Source: Prochlorococcus sp. MIT 0801
GTDB lineage: Bacteria > Cyanobacteriota > Cyanobacteriia > PCC-6307 > Cyanobiaceae
Direction of reading: 5' to 3'
Assembly: GCF_000757865.1 (NCBI RefSeq)
Contig: NZ_CP007754.1
Coordinates: 870,001-902,000 of the forward strand
DNA: 32,000 nt
Shown: piece by piece, positions 8,576 to 18,348 of the stretch
How positions within the stretch are numbered: the first letter of the stretch is position 1
Layout of the letters: the number at the start of each line of letters is the position of its first letter
Notes under the pieces: model-generated
What the model was told of the DNA's origin: nothing
What the model saw: only the letters and a program-made list of their open reading frames with translations
Databases searched by the model: none
Position numbers and translations under genes: made by a program

Positions 8576-10111
8576 CTATGCACCTAAAAATAATTTATAT
8601 GCTGGATTATCTGTCTCATCCCAATTTTTATAACCTATTTTTTTGACAAACTCATTCCAAGCTTGAATCTCGGAATCGTTTACTAGTACACCTATTACTA
8701 TTCTTCCCGTATCAGCGCCATGGTTTCGATAATGGAAGATGCTTATTGTCCACTCTGGTCTCATTGAGTTAACAAATCTCATTAAGGCTCCAGGCCTTTC
8801 AGGAAACTCAAATCTATATAGTAATTCTGTGTATTCTCCTTTAGATATTTGACTTATTGATCTTGGTAGCCTGCCACCAACCATATGCCTGAGATGAACT
8901 TTTGATAATTCATCATTACTTAAATCATGACAATCAAAACCTCCCCTTTTGATCTCAGCTGTTAATAATTCCCTATCATTATTATTTGAAACTTCAACAC
9001 CCATAAATATTTGAGCTGTTTTACCTTGTGACATTCTGTAACTAAATTCAGTTAAACTGCGTGAACCAAGTGTTTTGCATAAAAGTTTTAAACTGCCGGC
9101 TTTTTCTGGTATTCCTACTGCAATCATAGCTTCTTTTTCTTCACCTAATTCGGCTCTTTCTGCGACAAATCTTAGTCGTTCAAAATTCATATTTGCACCA
9201 CAAGCTATTGCAACAAGGTTGTTGTTTTTTAACTGATTATTTACAACATGTTTTTTTAAGCCAGCTATAGATAATGCACCTGCTGGTTCAAGAATTGATC
9301 TTGTATCCTCGAAAACATCTTTTATCGCGGCACAAATTTCGTCAGTACTTACAGTAACCATTTCATCAACATTTTTTTTGCAAATCGAGAACGTCTTTTC
9401 TCCTACCTTCCTTACCGCAACTCCGTCTGCAAAAAGGCCAATACTCTCAAGCTCAATAGGTTCATTTGCCTTTAATGAAAGTGTCATTGCGCAGGCATCT
9501 TCTGGTTCAACACCAATAATCTTTGTATCTGGCCATATTGCTTTTACGTACGCACTTACTCCAGCAATAAGTCCCCCGCCTCCAACAGCTATGTAAATCG
9601 CATCAGGCGGAGTTTGACTTTGTCTAAGTATTTCTATACCAATTGTTCCTTGTCCTGCTATGACTTCAGGATCATCAAATGGATGTATGAAAGTTAGATT
9701 TTCTTTCTTAGATATATCTAGTGCCTTTTCATAGCATTCATCATAAGTTTCACCGAAAAGAATAACTTCTGCCTTGTGTGATTCAACTGCCCTTACTTTC
9801 ATAACGGGAGTTGTCAGTGGCATAACAATTACTGCTCTGCATCTCAGGAATGATGCACTTAACGCAACTCCCTGTGCATGGTTTCCAGCGCTTGATGCAA
9901 TTACTCCTTTATCTAGCTCTTCCTTGCTCAGCTGAGACATGCGGTTAAATGCACCTCTTAACTTGAATGAAAAGACAGGTTGAAGGTCTTCTCTCTTAAA
10001 CCAAATGTTGTTTTCGAATTTTTTGCTTAAGTTTTTTGCCCTTTCTAGTGGTGTTTCTTCAGCAACGTCATAAACGCGAGCTCTTAGTATTTTCTGTAAA
10101 TAGTCCTCCAT
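8576..10111 (-). CDS. ilvA: biosynthetic threonine dehydratase (threonine ammonia-lyase) IlvA
   Basis: 511 aa. It has the PLP-lysine motif QPVFSFKLRGA, the glycine loop AVGGGGLIAG, and a C-terminal duplicated ACT-like regulatory region. Confidence 0.95.
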   Translation of the reverse strand: MEDYLQKILRARVYDVAEETPLERAKNLSKKFENNIWFKREDLQPVFSFKLRGAFNRMSQLSKEELDKGVIASSAGNHAQGVALSASFLRCRAVIVMPLTTPVMKVRAVESHKAEVILFGETYDECYEKALDISKKENLTFIHPFDDPEVIAGQGTIGIEILRQSQTPPDAIYIAVGGGGLIAGVSAYVKAIWPDTKIIGVEPEDACAMTLSLKANEPIELESIGLFADGVAVRKVGEKTFSICKKNVDEMVTVSTDEICAAIKDVFEDTRSILEPAGALSIAGLKKHVVNNQLKNNNLVAIACGANMNFERLRFVAERAELGEEKEAMIAVGIPEKAGSLKLLCKTLGSRSLTEFSYRMSQGKTAQIFMGVEVSNNNDRELLTAEIKRGGFDCHDLSNDELSKVHLRHMVGGRLPRSISQISKGEYTELLYRFEFPERPGALMRFVNSMRPEWTISIFHYRNHGADTGRIVIGVLVNDSEIQAWNEFVKKIGYKNWDETDNPAYKLFLGA

Positions 10112-10230
10112 ATCTAGTTTTTTAACGATTTTTGGATCTTTTGTTTTCTACATTCCATTTGTTCTTGTGCAAGTTTTATCAAAATGTACGGTAGACCTCG
10201 TAGATTGGAGAGATTCAATCTCAGAGTTAT

Positions 10231-12117
10231 ATGCGTCTGAGCCAGTTAAGTCATCCGAATGAGCTTCATGGCTTAGCCATTAGTGATTTGGAAGATGTTG
10301 CTTGCCAAATTAGAGAAAGGCATCTTCAAGTAGTTTCTACTAGTGGTGGGCATTTAGGTCCAGGTCTTGGTGTTGTGGAGTTAACAATTGCTCTATATCA
10401 GACTTTAGACCTAGATGTAGATAAAGTTATTTGGGATGTTGGGCATCAAGCTTATCCACACAAGTTACTTACTGGAAGATATAACCGTTTTGATTCTCTC
10501 AGACAGCAAAAAGGGGTAGCTGGTTATTTAAAAAGATCAGAAAGTAAATTTGATCATTTTGGAGCTGGTCATGCGAGCACATCAATTTCTGCTGCTCTTG
10601 GTATGGCTATTGCAAGAGACCGAAAAGGTGAAAATTATAAATGTGTTGCAGTAATTGGAGATGGTGCTCTTACAGGTGGAATGGCTTTAGAGGCTATTAA
10701 TCATGCAGGACATCTTCCAAAAACTCCTCTTTTGGTTGTCCTAAATGACAATGATATGTCGATTTCTCCTCCTGTTGGAGCATTATCGACTTATTTAAAT
10801 CGAATGCGTCATAGCCCACCTGTTCAATTCATATCTGACAGTGTCCAAGAAAGTGTGAAAAATCTTCCTTTCATGGGAGATGCTATCCAAGAGGAATTTA
10901 AATCACTTACTGGTAGCGTTAGACGTTTAGCAGTTCCTAGTGTTGGTGCGGTTTTTGAGGAATTGGGTTTTACTTATATGGGTCCTGTAGATGGACATGA
11001 TATTTCTGAATTGACTAGGACATTTAATGCTGCGCATAAAGTTGGTGGACCTGTAATGGTCCATGTCGCTACTACAAAGGGAAAAGGTTATCCGTATGCC
11101 GAAGCCGATCAGGTCGGTTATCATGCTCAGTCTTCCTTTGATCTAACAACAGGAAAATCTATTCCTTCAAAAACTCCTAAACCTCCAAGTTTTAGCAAGG
11201 TATTTGGCCAAACTTTAGTAAAACTTTGCGAGCAAGACAGCAAAATTGTAGGTATTACCGCTGCAATGGCAGAAGGAACAGCTTTGAATCTTTTACAGAA
11301 AGCTATTCCTGATCAATATGTTGATGTTGGTATAGCAGAACAACATGCTGTAACTCTCGCTGGGGGAATGGCTTGCGAAGGCATTAAACCAGTTGTTGCC
11401 ATTTACAGTACTTTTTTACAACGAGCATATGATCAGTTAATCCATGATATTGGAATACAGAATTTACCTGTAACTTTCGTATTAGATAGAGCTGGAATTG
11501 TTGGTGCTGATGGCCCAACTCATCAAGGACAATATGACATTAGTTATTTAAGGTGCATCCCTAACTTTACTGTCATGGCTCCAAAAGATGAGGCTGAATT
11601 GCAGCAAATGCTTGTTACCTGTATTAATCACAATGGTCCATCAGCTCTACGGATTCCTAGAGGCTCTGGAGAAGGTGCCGCTTTGATGGAGGAAGGATGG
11701 GAATCTCTAGAAATTGGTAAAGCTGAGACTCTAGAAGAGGGTGATAACTTATTGATAATTGGTTATGGCTCTATGGTTTTCCCAGCAATTAAAACAGCAG
11801 CAATACTGAGAGAATTTGGAGTCAATAGTACTGTTATTAACGCTCGCTTCATAAGACCATTAGATGAGGATACTATTCATGAGGCAGCAAAAAGAATTGG
11901 CAAAGTAGTAACAATGGAAGAAGGAACACTATTGGGCGGCTTTGGATCTGCTGTTGTTGAATCTTTTAATGATAATGATATTTTTGTCCCTACATTAAGA
12001 ATTGGAATACCAGACAAATTAGTTGATCATGCAACGCCACAACAAAGCAAAGAATCGCTTGGCTTGACACCAGAAATGATGGCTGATCAAATTAGAAATA
12101 AATTTAATTTTAATTAA
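10231..12117 (+). CDS. dxs: 1-deoxy-D-xylulose-5-phosphate synthase
   Basis: 628 aa. It contains [29 protein letters not shown], the TPP-binding [18 protein letters not shown]...LNDN, and [15 protein letters not shown]. Confidence 0.97.
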   Translation: MRLSQLSHPNELHGLAISDLEDVACQIRERHLQVVSTSGGHLGPGLGVVELTIALYQTLDLDVDKVIWDVGHQAYPHKLLTGRYNRFDSLRQQKGVAGYLKRSESKFDHFGAGHASTSISAALGMAIARDRKGENYKCVAVIGDGALTGGMALEAINHAGHLPKTPLLVVLNDNDMSISPPVGALSTYLNRMRHSPPVQFISDSVQESVKNLPFMGDAIQEEFKSLTGSVRRLAVPSVGAVFEELGFTYMGPVDGHDISELTRTFNAAHKVGGPVMVHVATTKGKGYPYAEADQVGYHAQSSFDLTTGKSIPSKTPKPPSFSKVFGQTLVKLCEQDSKIVGITAAMAEGTALNLLQKAIPDQYVDVGIAEQHAVTLAGGMACEGIKPVVAIYSTFLQRAYDQLIHDIGIQNLPVTFVLDRAGIVGADGPTHQGQYDISYLRCIPNFTVMAPKDEAELQQMLVTCINHNGPSALRIPRGSGEGAALMEEGWESLEIGKAETLEEGDNLLIIGYGSMVFPAIKTAAILREFGVNSTVINARFIRPLDEDTIHEAAKRIGKVVTMEEGTLLGGFGSAVVESFNDNDIFVPTLRIGIPDKLVDHATPQQSKESLGLTPEMMADQIRNKFNFN

Positions 12118-12129
12118 TTATCAAACAAT

Positions 12130-12165
12130 AAAAAAAGGATTATTGATTAATAATCCTTTTTTTTT
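12130..12165. terminator. bidirectional Rho-independent terminator between convergent dxs and psaK
   Basis: The element reads A7-AGGATTATT-gatt-AATAATCCT-T9. It forms a perfect 9-bp stem (12136..12144 with 12149..12157) and a 4-nt loop. The A-tract upstream and T-tract downstream allow it to work on either strand. Confidence 0.7.
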
Positions 12166-12187
12166 CTATCTAATTTAGAAACTTAAT

Positions 12188-12448
12188 TTATAAAACGCCT
12201 CTAGCAGCAAGACCCAATATTGATCCTATTCCTAAAACATGACCTAAGCAGTTTGCGGCTACAACAGAACCATGACTTAGCCCACCAAAAAATTGAGAAT
12301 TAGGAATTGGGAACCCTTCGTTTGGCTTTTCAATATTTGATCTTGCAATTGCATAAGCAAGTATATTGCAAATGATCATCACAACGGCACATTTTGGAGA
12401 CCACTGAAATGTCACTGGATCAGCTGCTGCTAATAATGTTGTGAGCAT
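12188..12448 (-). CDS. psaK: photosystem I reaction centre subunit PsaK
   Basis: 86 aa with two TM helices. The PsaK-like pattern W.P....VMI.CN..A.A........P......F.GG......VA....GH.LG.G.ILGL is present. Confidence 0.9.
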   Translation of the reverse strand: MLTTLLAAADPVTFQWSPKCAVVMIICNILAYAIARSNIEKPNEGFPIPNSQFFGGLSHGSVVAANCLGHVLGIGSILGLAARGVL

Positions 12449-12518
12449 CTTTTATCCCTATTGAATAACTACATTATCAACCATAAAGATTGATTTTGCG
12501 TCAAATGTTACTTAGCTC

Positions 12519-12863
12519 TTAAGAGTTTTTTACTTCTGCTTTATTTTTAAATGACTGGAGCATCAAAACAAAACCGTAAACAACAAATGCATCGCTAATC
12601 GTTAAGAACGATTCTGCTAGTCCATGCAGTACATCAACATTTGTTAATTCATCCCCAAAATAAATTTGTGCGATTATTGCAAAAACAATCGTCATGAATA
12701 CAAATAAAAGAGTTAACTTAAAGCCAATAAATGATATTTTTGGTATCGCTTTTGTTTTGCCAGCGTAACGCAGAAATACTAGATAAGGGATTAGTGAAAT
12801 GACGAAAAATGGACTTGGGTCAATTCGTGCTATTGAATCAAGACTAAGAATTGAAACATTCAT
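12519..12863 (-). CDS. DUF3593-family membrane protein (cyanobacteria/plastid lineage)
   Basis: 114 aa with 3 predicted TM segments. From memory, the pattern F.ISL.PYL.FL........P......GF...L.FV..TI......A......L..VD.LHG.AES.LT fits DUF3593. Its start overlaps the stop of the upstream gene by 4 nt (ATGA). Confidence 0.75.
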   Translation of the reverse strand: MNVSILSLDSIARIDPSPFFVISLIPYLVFLRYAGKTKAIPKISFIGFKLTLLFVFMTIVFAIIAQIYFGDELTNVDVLHGLAESFLTISDAFVVYGFVLMLQSFKNKAEVKNS

Positions 12864-13168
12864 TGGTTCGATTGTGATGACTCAGACCTAAACAAGTTCC
12901 AAGCAGCAAATGCAAGACATATATTTCCTAAAGTTGTAAGAGCCGCCTGTAGTACAACTAATCCTTCTAATTCAATACTGTTGTCGAATATATGCCATGT
13001 GATTGCTGCCATAGCACTAGCTAAATTTGGCAACATTGCTAAAGCAAAATAACCCAAAGCCTTGTTATTGGTTATTGATGAAATATAGTCAATTATTATT
13101 ATTGCAATTGCCCACTCAAATAGAGTCGCAATATGGATAAACCATGTTCCTAGAGATAGTTCATGCAT
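12860..13168 (-). CDS. DUF2499 / Ycf49-like membrane protein
   Basis: 102 aa. LS..TW.IH.ATLFEWAIA plus further TM helices resembles Ycf49-like proteins. Its start codon lies 8 nt inside the 3' end of the peroxiredoxin gene. Confidence 0.75.
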   Translation of the reverse strand: MHELSLGTWFIHIATLFEWAIAIIIIDYISSITNNKALGYFALAMLPNLASAMAAITWHIFDNSIELEGLVVLQAALTTLGNICLAFAAWNLFRSESSQSNQ

Positions 13169-13715
13169 ATATTTTTTGTTGTTTAGTAAGCTCTTTTAAA
13201 ACTTCTTGAGCATGTCCAATTGGTCTTACTCCTATCCATTTATATACAACTATACCTTCTGGGTTGATTAGAAATGTATTTCTTTTTGAGTAGGGATCTA
13301 ACCATGAATCGTATGACTTGCTAATTTCTGAATTTGCATCTGATAGTAATGTATATCCAAGATTTTCAGATGTACAAAATGATTCGTGCTCTCCTTCACT
13401 ATCTGCACTGATCCCAACTATTGAGGCATTAATTTTATTATATTTAGCAAGATTATCCTGAAAATTTTTAGCCTCTAATGTACAACCACTTGAGAAATCT
13501 TTAGGATAAAAATATAAAACTAACCATTTTTTTGAAAAATCATCCAATGACCATTCCTTTTTATTTGGGCTGTTTTTGTTATATCCATTCAACAAAAAAT
13601 TGGGTGCCTTTTGGCCAATTTTAACTGAATTTATACTTGCAAATAGTCTCGAAGGTTTAATAAATAAAATAGTAGAAAATAAAATAAAGGATTTTATAAA
13701 TTCACTTCTTTTCAT
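13161..13715 (-). CDS. bcp: peroxiredoxin, BCP/PrxQ (AhpC/TSA) family, with N-terminal signal/anchor sequence
   Basis: 184 aa. The active-site block is WLVLYFYPKDFSSGCTLEAKNF, containing the peroxidatic Cys. There is no Cys at the +5 position used by two-Cys BCPs. The N-terminus MKRSEFIKSFILFSTILFIKPSRLFAS looks like a signal peptide or membrane anchor. Confidence 0.88.
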   Translation of the reverse strand: MKRSEFIKSFILFSTILFIKPSRLFASINSVKIGQKAPNFLLNGYNKNSPNKKEWSLDDFSKKWLVLYFYPKDFSSGCTLEAKNFQDNLAKYNKINASIVGISADSEGEHESFCTSENLGYTLLSDANSEISKSYDSWLDPYSKRNTFLINPEGIVVYKWIGVRPIGHAQEVLKELTKQQKIYA

Positions 13716-13731
13716 TTGATAAAAATCAAAT

Positions 13732-13968
13732 TTAAAGTTTGTTTAAATCAACCCCTAATGATTTGGCATATTTTCCTAAACCTTTTTTCTGAATAGTTTT
13801 TAGTGCTCTTGTCGTAACTCTTATATTAATCCATTTGTTTTCTTCTTCCCACCACAATCTACGTTGCTGCAAATTTGCTTGCTGCAATTTTTTAGTTCTG
13901 ATATGGGAATGGCTGACTGACATTCCGTTATTAGCCCTTGTGCCTGTAAGTTGGCAAACTCTAGACAT
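13732..13968 (-). CDS. rpmB: 50S ribosomal protein L28
   Basis: 78 aa. [34 protein letters not shown] is the canonical L28 N-terminus. Confidence 0.95.
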   Translation of the reverse strand: MSRVCQLTGTRANNGMSVSHSHIRTKKLQQANLQQRRLWWEEENKWINIRVTTRALKTIQKKGLGKYAKSLGVDLNKL

Positions 13969-14013
13969 TTTTTAATCTTATTCGTTTATTTATTCTATCA
14001 AATGAGGTTGAGT

Positions 14014-15918
14014 TTATACGAAATTTTTCATTAATTTCCCTAGCAGCTCAGCATTTCTATTTTGAAAAGCTGCTATATCTTTGTTCTCAAGCCCTCCAAT
14101 TGATAGTTTTGCCATCTCATAAACATGTATAGCGATGTCGCTAGCTAATCGACCTTCTTCTGATTTACTAGATCCTTCAATAACTATTTGGTTAGAATTT
14201 AGCTTGAGTAAGCCTTGAATAAGTGGGTGGTTTGAATTGACTATTAAATTATGATATTCGGGAAGACCAGGCAGTTTCTGTTCCATTAATGCTGTTATAT
14301 CATTTATTCTTCTCATTTGTTCTGGTAACAATATTAATGAAGGTGGTGAATTATCACCTTTTAGATTCTGTATTTGTACTGTGACTTTTTCATTGTTTAA
14401 AGCCGAACTAATAATTTTTTTAAGTGTTTCTGACTTTGTATTCCCGTCTTTATCTGCAATCTCAGGCGAATCATCTTTAATACTTTCGTCCAGTTCGGAA
14501 TCGACTCTTACAAAATTTATTTCTTTATTTTTTTCCTCTAGCCAAGGAATAAACTGAGTATCAATAACAGTATCAAGTTTTAAGACCTCTTTACCTTGTG
14601 AAGTCCACATATTGAGTGCTGTTGATTGAGAGACTTCATCTGTTGAATATAAAATCTTTTTGTTCTCATCAGTAAGCCTATTTTTATATCCTTCTAGGGT
14701 AGTAAATATTTTTGAACCAGATTTTACCAACTCGTTATTCTCTTCATTATCTTCAACAGGAACTTTTGTTGTTGAATATAAAATTATATCTTTTACTTGC
14801 TCGGCAAATTTCTCATCTTCCATAGCTCCAATTTTTATAAAGGGGGCTATTGAGTCCCATATGTCAGCATAAAATTGGGTTTCATCCTTCTTTAATGTTT
14901 TAAGCTTATCGGCTAATTTCTTAGCAATAAAGTTACCTATAGATTTAACTCTTCTGTCTGATTGTAATGCACTTCTACTAACATTTAAGGGAATGTCTGG
15001 TGAATCTATCACACCCCTCAACGGTAATAGATATCTAGGAACTATCTCTTTAATTGAGTCACTAACAAAGACCTGATTACAGAAAAGTTTTATTTCACCA
15101 CTTTCCCAATCTGCTCTTCCACTTATCTTTGGAAAATATAATATTCCTTGCAAATTATATGGATAGTCAGTATTTAGGTGAACCCATAAGAGAGGATCTC
15201 CCTGAAAGGGATAGAGATATTTATAGAGTTCAATATAATCTTCATCTTTAAGATTTTGTTTGCTTTCTCTCCATGGCGGATTCATTTTATTGATAACTTC
15301 TTCTTCAAGTGAGATTTCAATAGGCATGAAATCACAATATTTTTTAATTAATGTCTTAATTCTGCTTGGTTCTATATATTCAATTTCTTCTTCCATTAAA
15401 TGTAAAATTATATCTGTACCTATCTCTTCTTTATCTGATTCATCAAGTGTATATTGAGGCGATCCATTGCATTTCCATTGAATAGCTTGTGAGTCATTCT
15501 TTGCTGATTTAGTTATTATTTCAACTTCTTCTGCAACCATAAAACTTGAGTAAAAACCGAGTCCAAAATGACCTATAAAACCATCATCGGGTTGCTTGTA
15601 TTTCTCAAGAAATTCTTCTGCGCTTGAGAAAGCTACTTGATTAATATATTTCTTAATTTCATCACTAGTCATTCCTATTCCATTGTCACTAATGGTCAAT
15701 GTCTTATGCTCTCTGTCAATCGAAATTTTTATTTTTTCATCGTCAGCAGCGACACAATCTCCTGCAAAGGCGGCCATTTTTCTTTTCTTGATTGCATCTA
15801 CGGAGTTACTTATAAGCTCTCTAATAAATATCTCATGATCTGAGTAAACTGCTTTTTTTATTATTGGAAATATATTTTCTGTGTGAATAAGAATAGTTCC
15901 TTCTTCTTTAACGGGCAT
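14014..15918 (-). CDS. htpG: molecular chaperone HtpG (Hsp90)
   Basis: 634 aa. It has the GHKL ATPase motifs RELISNSVDA, DNGIGMT and GHFGLGFYSSFMVA, plus the middle-domain block LNVSRSALQ. Confidence 0.96.
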   Translation of the reverse strand: MPVKEEGTILIHTENIFPIIKKAVYSDHEIFIRELISNSVDAIKKRKMAAFAGDCVAADDEKIKISIDREHKTLTISDNGIGMTSDEIKKYINQVAFSSAEEFLEKYKQPDDGFIGHFGLGFYSSFMVAEEVEIITKSAKNDSQAIQWKCNGSPQYTLDESDKEEIGTDIILHLMEEEIEYIEPSRIKTLIKKYCDFMPIEISLEEEVINKMNPPWRESKQNLKDEDYIELYKYLYPFQGDPLLWVHLNTDYPYNLQGILYFPKISGRADWESGEIKLFCNQVFVSDSIKEIVPRYLLPLRGVIDSPDIPLNVSRSALQSDRRVKSIGNFIAKKLADKLKTLKKDETQFYADIWDSIAPFIKIGAMEDEKFAEQVKDIILYSTTKVPVEDNEENNELVKSGSKIFTTLEGYKNRLTDENKKILYSTDEVSQSTALNMWTSQGKEVLKLDTVIDTQFIPWLEEKNKEINFVRVDSELDESIKDDSPEIADKDGNTKSETLKKIISSALNNEKVTVQIQNLKGDNSPPSLILLPEQMRRINDITALMEQKLPGLPEYHNLIVNSNHPLIQGLLKLNSNQIVIEGSSKSEEGRLASDIAIHVYEMAKLSIGGLENKDIAAFQNRNAELLGKLMKNFV

Positions 15919-16048
15919 GTCTTGTCTAAATTTTTATTATCATAGCGATACAAATTTCTATTTAGGCGTTAAATGCAAAAGTGTTATTGATTACAGCTCA
16001 ATAGTTTTCAATCCCTGACAATTGTTAAAAATTTAAGGCTAATTTATA

Positions 16049-17224
16049 TCAATCTATCCATTCTATTTTATTACATCTGTTAGATTTTAAGAGTTGATCT
16101 GTTTCATCATTTGTCTTTAAAGGTTCATGTGAAATTACTGAAATAATCCCCTTTCTATGCAATTCCTTTTGTTGTTTTAATGCTTTATACAAATTTACAC
16201 TTTGCTTATATGCGATTAATACTTTTACATTATTAACAAGTTTTTCTTTGCTTGTGGAGACTAATTCTCTTACTTTATCAACGCTAATACTAAAACCAAT
16301 TCCATAGCAATTTTGGGCGCTTGAACTAAATTTTTTAACTAAATCATCATATCTACCACCTTTAGCAATAGTAACAGGAGCACTTGTTGATGATGAAACA
16401 AGAGAAAATGTTAATCCACTATATAATTTATATTTGGTTCCTAATGTAGGGTCTAGTTGTACTTCTATTCCTTTCTCTTTAGCTAATGGCTCAATAATGG
16501 TAAATAATTCCTTTAGTTTATCAATGTATGAATTTGAGCCATATATGTTTTGTAGATTAGTTAACACTTTTTCAGGTTTTCCTCTCATATTCATGATGGT
16601 TTTGATAAACATTCTTTGTTCTTCTTTTACATCAAGTGTAGTCAATGCTATGTAATCAAGATCGCAGAGAATTTTTTTTATTTGGTCTATCTTGGTTGAA
16701 TCAAATGAGCTTAAAATAAGTTCCAATAGATATGTATTTCCAATAAGCAATGTCATTTTATATTTTTGATCAATTTCAATTACTTCTAATGATTCGATGA
16801 GAAGAGATAGAAGTTCTATTTCTGCATTAATTGCTTTTGTTCCTATCAATTCAACTCCGCTTTGAAATGACTCTTCAATATCAATACCACCATCAATGCT
16901 TTGATTGCATTTGAATGATGTTTCTGCTGACCAAAAACGAAGTGGCCTTTCATATTCATTAAATCTAGTTGAAGCAGCTCGAATAATTGACGCTGTTATT
17001 TCAGGTCTTAATCCAAGAGGTTCATCAGAAACGATTTTTAGTATTTCATTGTTCGAAATCCCACCAGCTGCCGTCAGTGTGTCTAGACGTTCTATGTGTG
17101 GCGGTGATATTCGCTCATATCCCCATAGTTGATATAGAGAGGAAAGTTTTGATGCAATGAGATGGTTCTTTCTTACTTGCTGAGGATTTAAGTCGCGCGC
17201 ACCCGAGGCAGGTTGCAATGTCAT
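16049..17224 (-). CDS. hisZ: ATP phosphoribosyltransferase regulatory subunit HisZ
   Basis: 391 aa. It has a HisRS-like catalytic core (PASGARDLNP....R......L...Y..WGYE.I.PP.IE) but no anticodon-binding domain, which is the pattern typical of HisZ. Confidence 0.9.
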   Translation of the reverse strand: MTLQPASGARDLNPQQVRKNHLIASKLSSLYQLWGYERISPPHIERLDTLTAAGGISNNEILKIVSDEPLGLRPEITASIIRAASTRFNEYERPLRFWSAETSFKCNQSIDGGIDIEESFQSGVELIGTKAINAEIELLSLLIESLEVIEIDQKYKMTLLIGNTYLLELILSSFDSTKIDQIKKILCDLDYIALTTLDVKEEQRMFIKTIMNMRGKPEKVLTNLQNIYGSNSYIDKLKELFTIIEPLAKEKGIEVQLDPTLGTKYKLYSGLTFSLVSSSTSAPVTIAKGGRYDDLVKKFSSSAQNCYGIGFSISVDKVRELVSTSKEKLVNNVKVLIAYKQSVNLYKALKQQKELHRKGIISVISHEPLKTNDETDQLLKSNRCNKIEWID

Positions 17225-17266
17225 TATTTGAATCTTTTTATTTCTTAAGGATCACATAAATTAAGA

Positions 17267-18133
17267 CTATTTTCCACCATAAGAGTTAGGGGTTAATGGT
17301 TTAATTTTTCCAAGTTCTTTTATGAGCTCATTTTGTATCTCTGGATTACAAGCAAGAATTCTGCCGTTATTGAGATCAAAATCTCCGGAAGGATAATTGG
17401 AAACTATTCCACCCGCCATTTCGACTAGTGGTACTCCTGCTGCCATATCCCATTTTGCAAGTCCACGTTCCCAAAAACCATCAACTTTGCCTGAAGCTAC
17501 AAATGCTAGATCTACAGCGGCTGCTCCTCCTCTTCTTACCCCATGGGTAAGATGGGTTAGCCAACAAAATTCTGAATAATTATTATCTAATACTTCTCGT
17601 CGGTCATATGCGAAACCTGTAACTAAGAGTGAATCAGATAAGGAATTCGTGTTCGTTACATTTATTTTTTCGCCATTACAATATGATCCGTGTTCTGGAG
17701 AAGCGTAATAAATTTCATTCAAAGAAGGTACTGATATTGCTCCCAATATTGGATTGCTATTCCAAATTAAACCTATTGAAGTTGCGAAAAATGGATATCC
17801 ATGGGCATAGTTAGTTGTTCCATCAAGAGGGTCTATACACCATTTTAATTCACCATCCTTTGACTTATATCCACTTTCTTCAGCAAGAATAGAAATGTAA
17901 GGAGTCTCTTTTTCTAAATATTCTATTATTAATTTTTCACATTCTATATCTGCATTAGTAACAAGATCTCCAGCAGTTCCCTTACATTTTATTGTTTTAA
18001 TCCTTCCATAATTATTCATTAGAGATGATCCCCCTATTTCTGCGGCCTGCTTGGCAATTTCTAATAATTTATTAATTTCATCTTTACCTAGACCTGCATT
18101 AAAAGCAGCGGTTTTACAAGATGGTATGACCAT
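17267..18133 (-). CDS. suhB: inositol-monophosphatase-family phosphatase (SuhB-like; possible histidinol-phosphate phosphatase, see findings)
   Basis: 288 aa. The IMPase motifs are present: LAEESG, WCIDPLDGTTNYAHG and KWDMAAG. Confidence 0.88.
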   Translation of the reverse strand: MVIPSCKTAAFNAGLGKDEINKLLEIAKQAAEIGGSSLMNNYGRIKTIKCKGTAGDLVTNADIECEKLIIEYLEKETPYISILAEESGYKSKDGELKWCIDPLDGTTNYAHGYPFFATSIGLIWNSNPILGAISVPSLNEIYYASPEHGSYCNGEKINVTNTNSLSDSLLVTGFAYDRREVLDNNYSEFCWLTHLTHGVRRGGAAAVDLAFVASGKVDGFWERGLAKWDMAAGVPLVEMAGGIVSNYPSGDFDLNNGRILACNPEIQNELIKELGKIKPLTPNSYGGK

Positions 18134-18279
18134 GACTATTGTTTTTATTTATATTAATCGTCTACTATTGGTAGATTCTATTTATCTTTAAATCAATTTA
18201 TTCTCATTAATAAATTAATGATTACTAGGAACTTGTTTGGTATAAAAGTATTTAATAAATAAATCCGATAGTTAAATTT

Positions 18280-18308
18280 TTAACAAGACCTCTCTTGTGG
18301 TATATATT
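18280..18308 (+). promoter_or_regulatory. candidate sigma70-type promoter for tRNA-Ser
   Basis: TTAACA (18280..18285), a 17-nt spacer, then TATATT (18303..18308). It lies ~40 nt upstream of the tRNA 5' end. It is a sequence-pattern call in AT-rich DNA, so it is weak. Confidence 0.3.
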
Positions 18309-18348
18309 TAAATTCAGCATTTGAGAGACATTTCATGGCTGATTCCAA

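Noticed and set aside
15919-16048. Possible CIRCE or another heat-shock operator upstream of htpG (and upstream of dnaK at 21176..21326).
   Set aside because: Neither spacer contains TTAGCACTC-N9-GAGTGCTAA or a near match.
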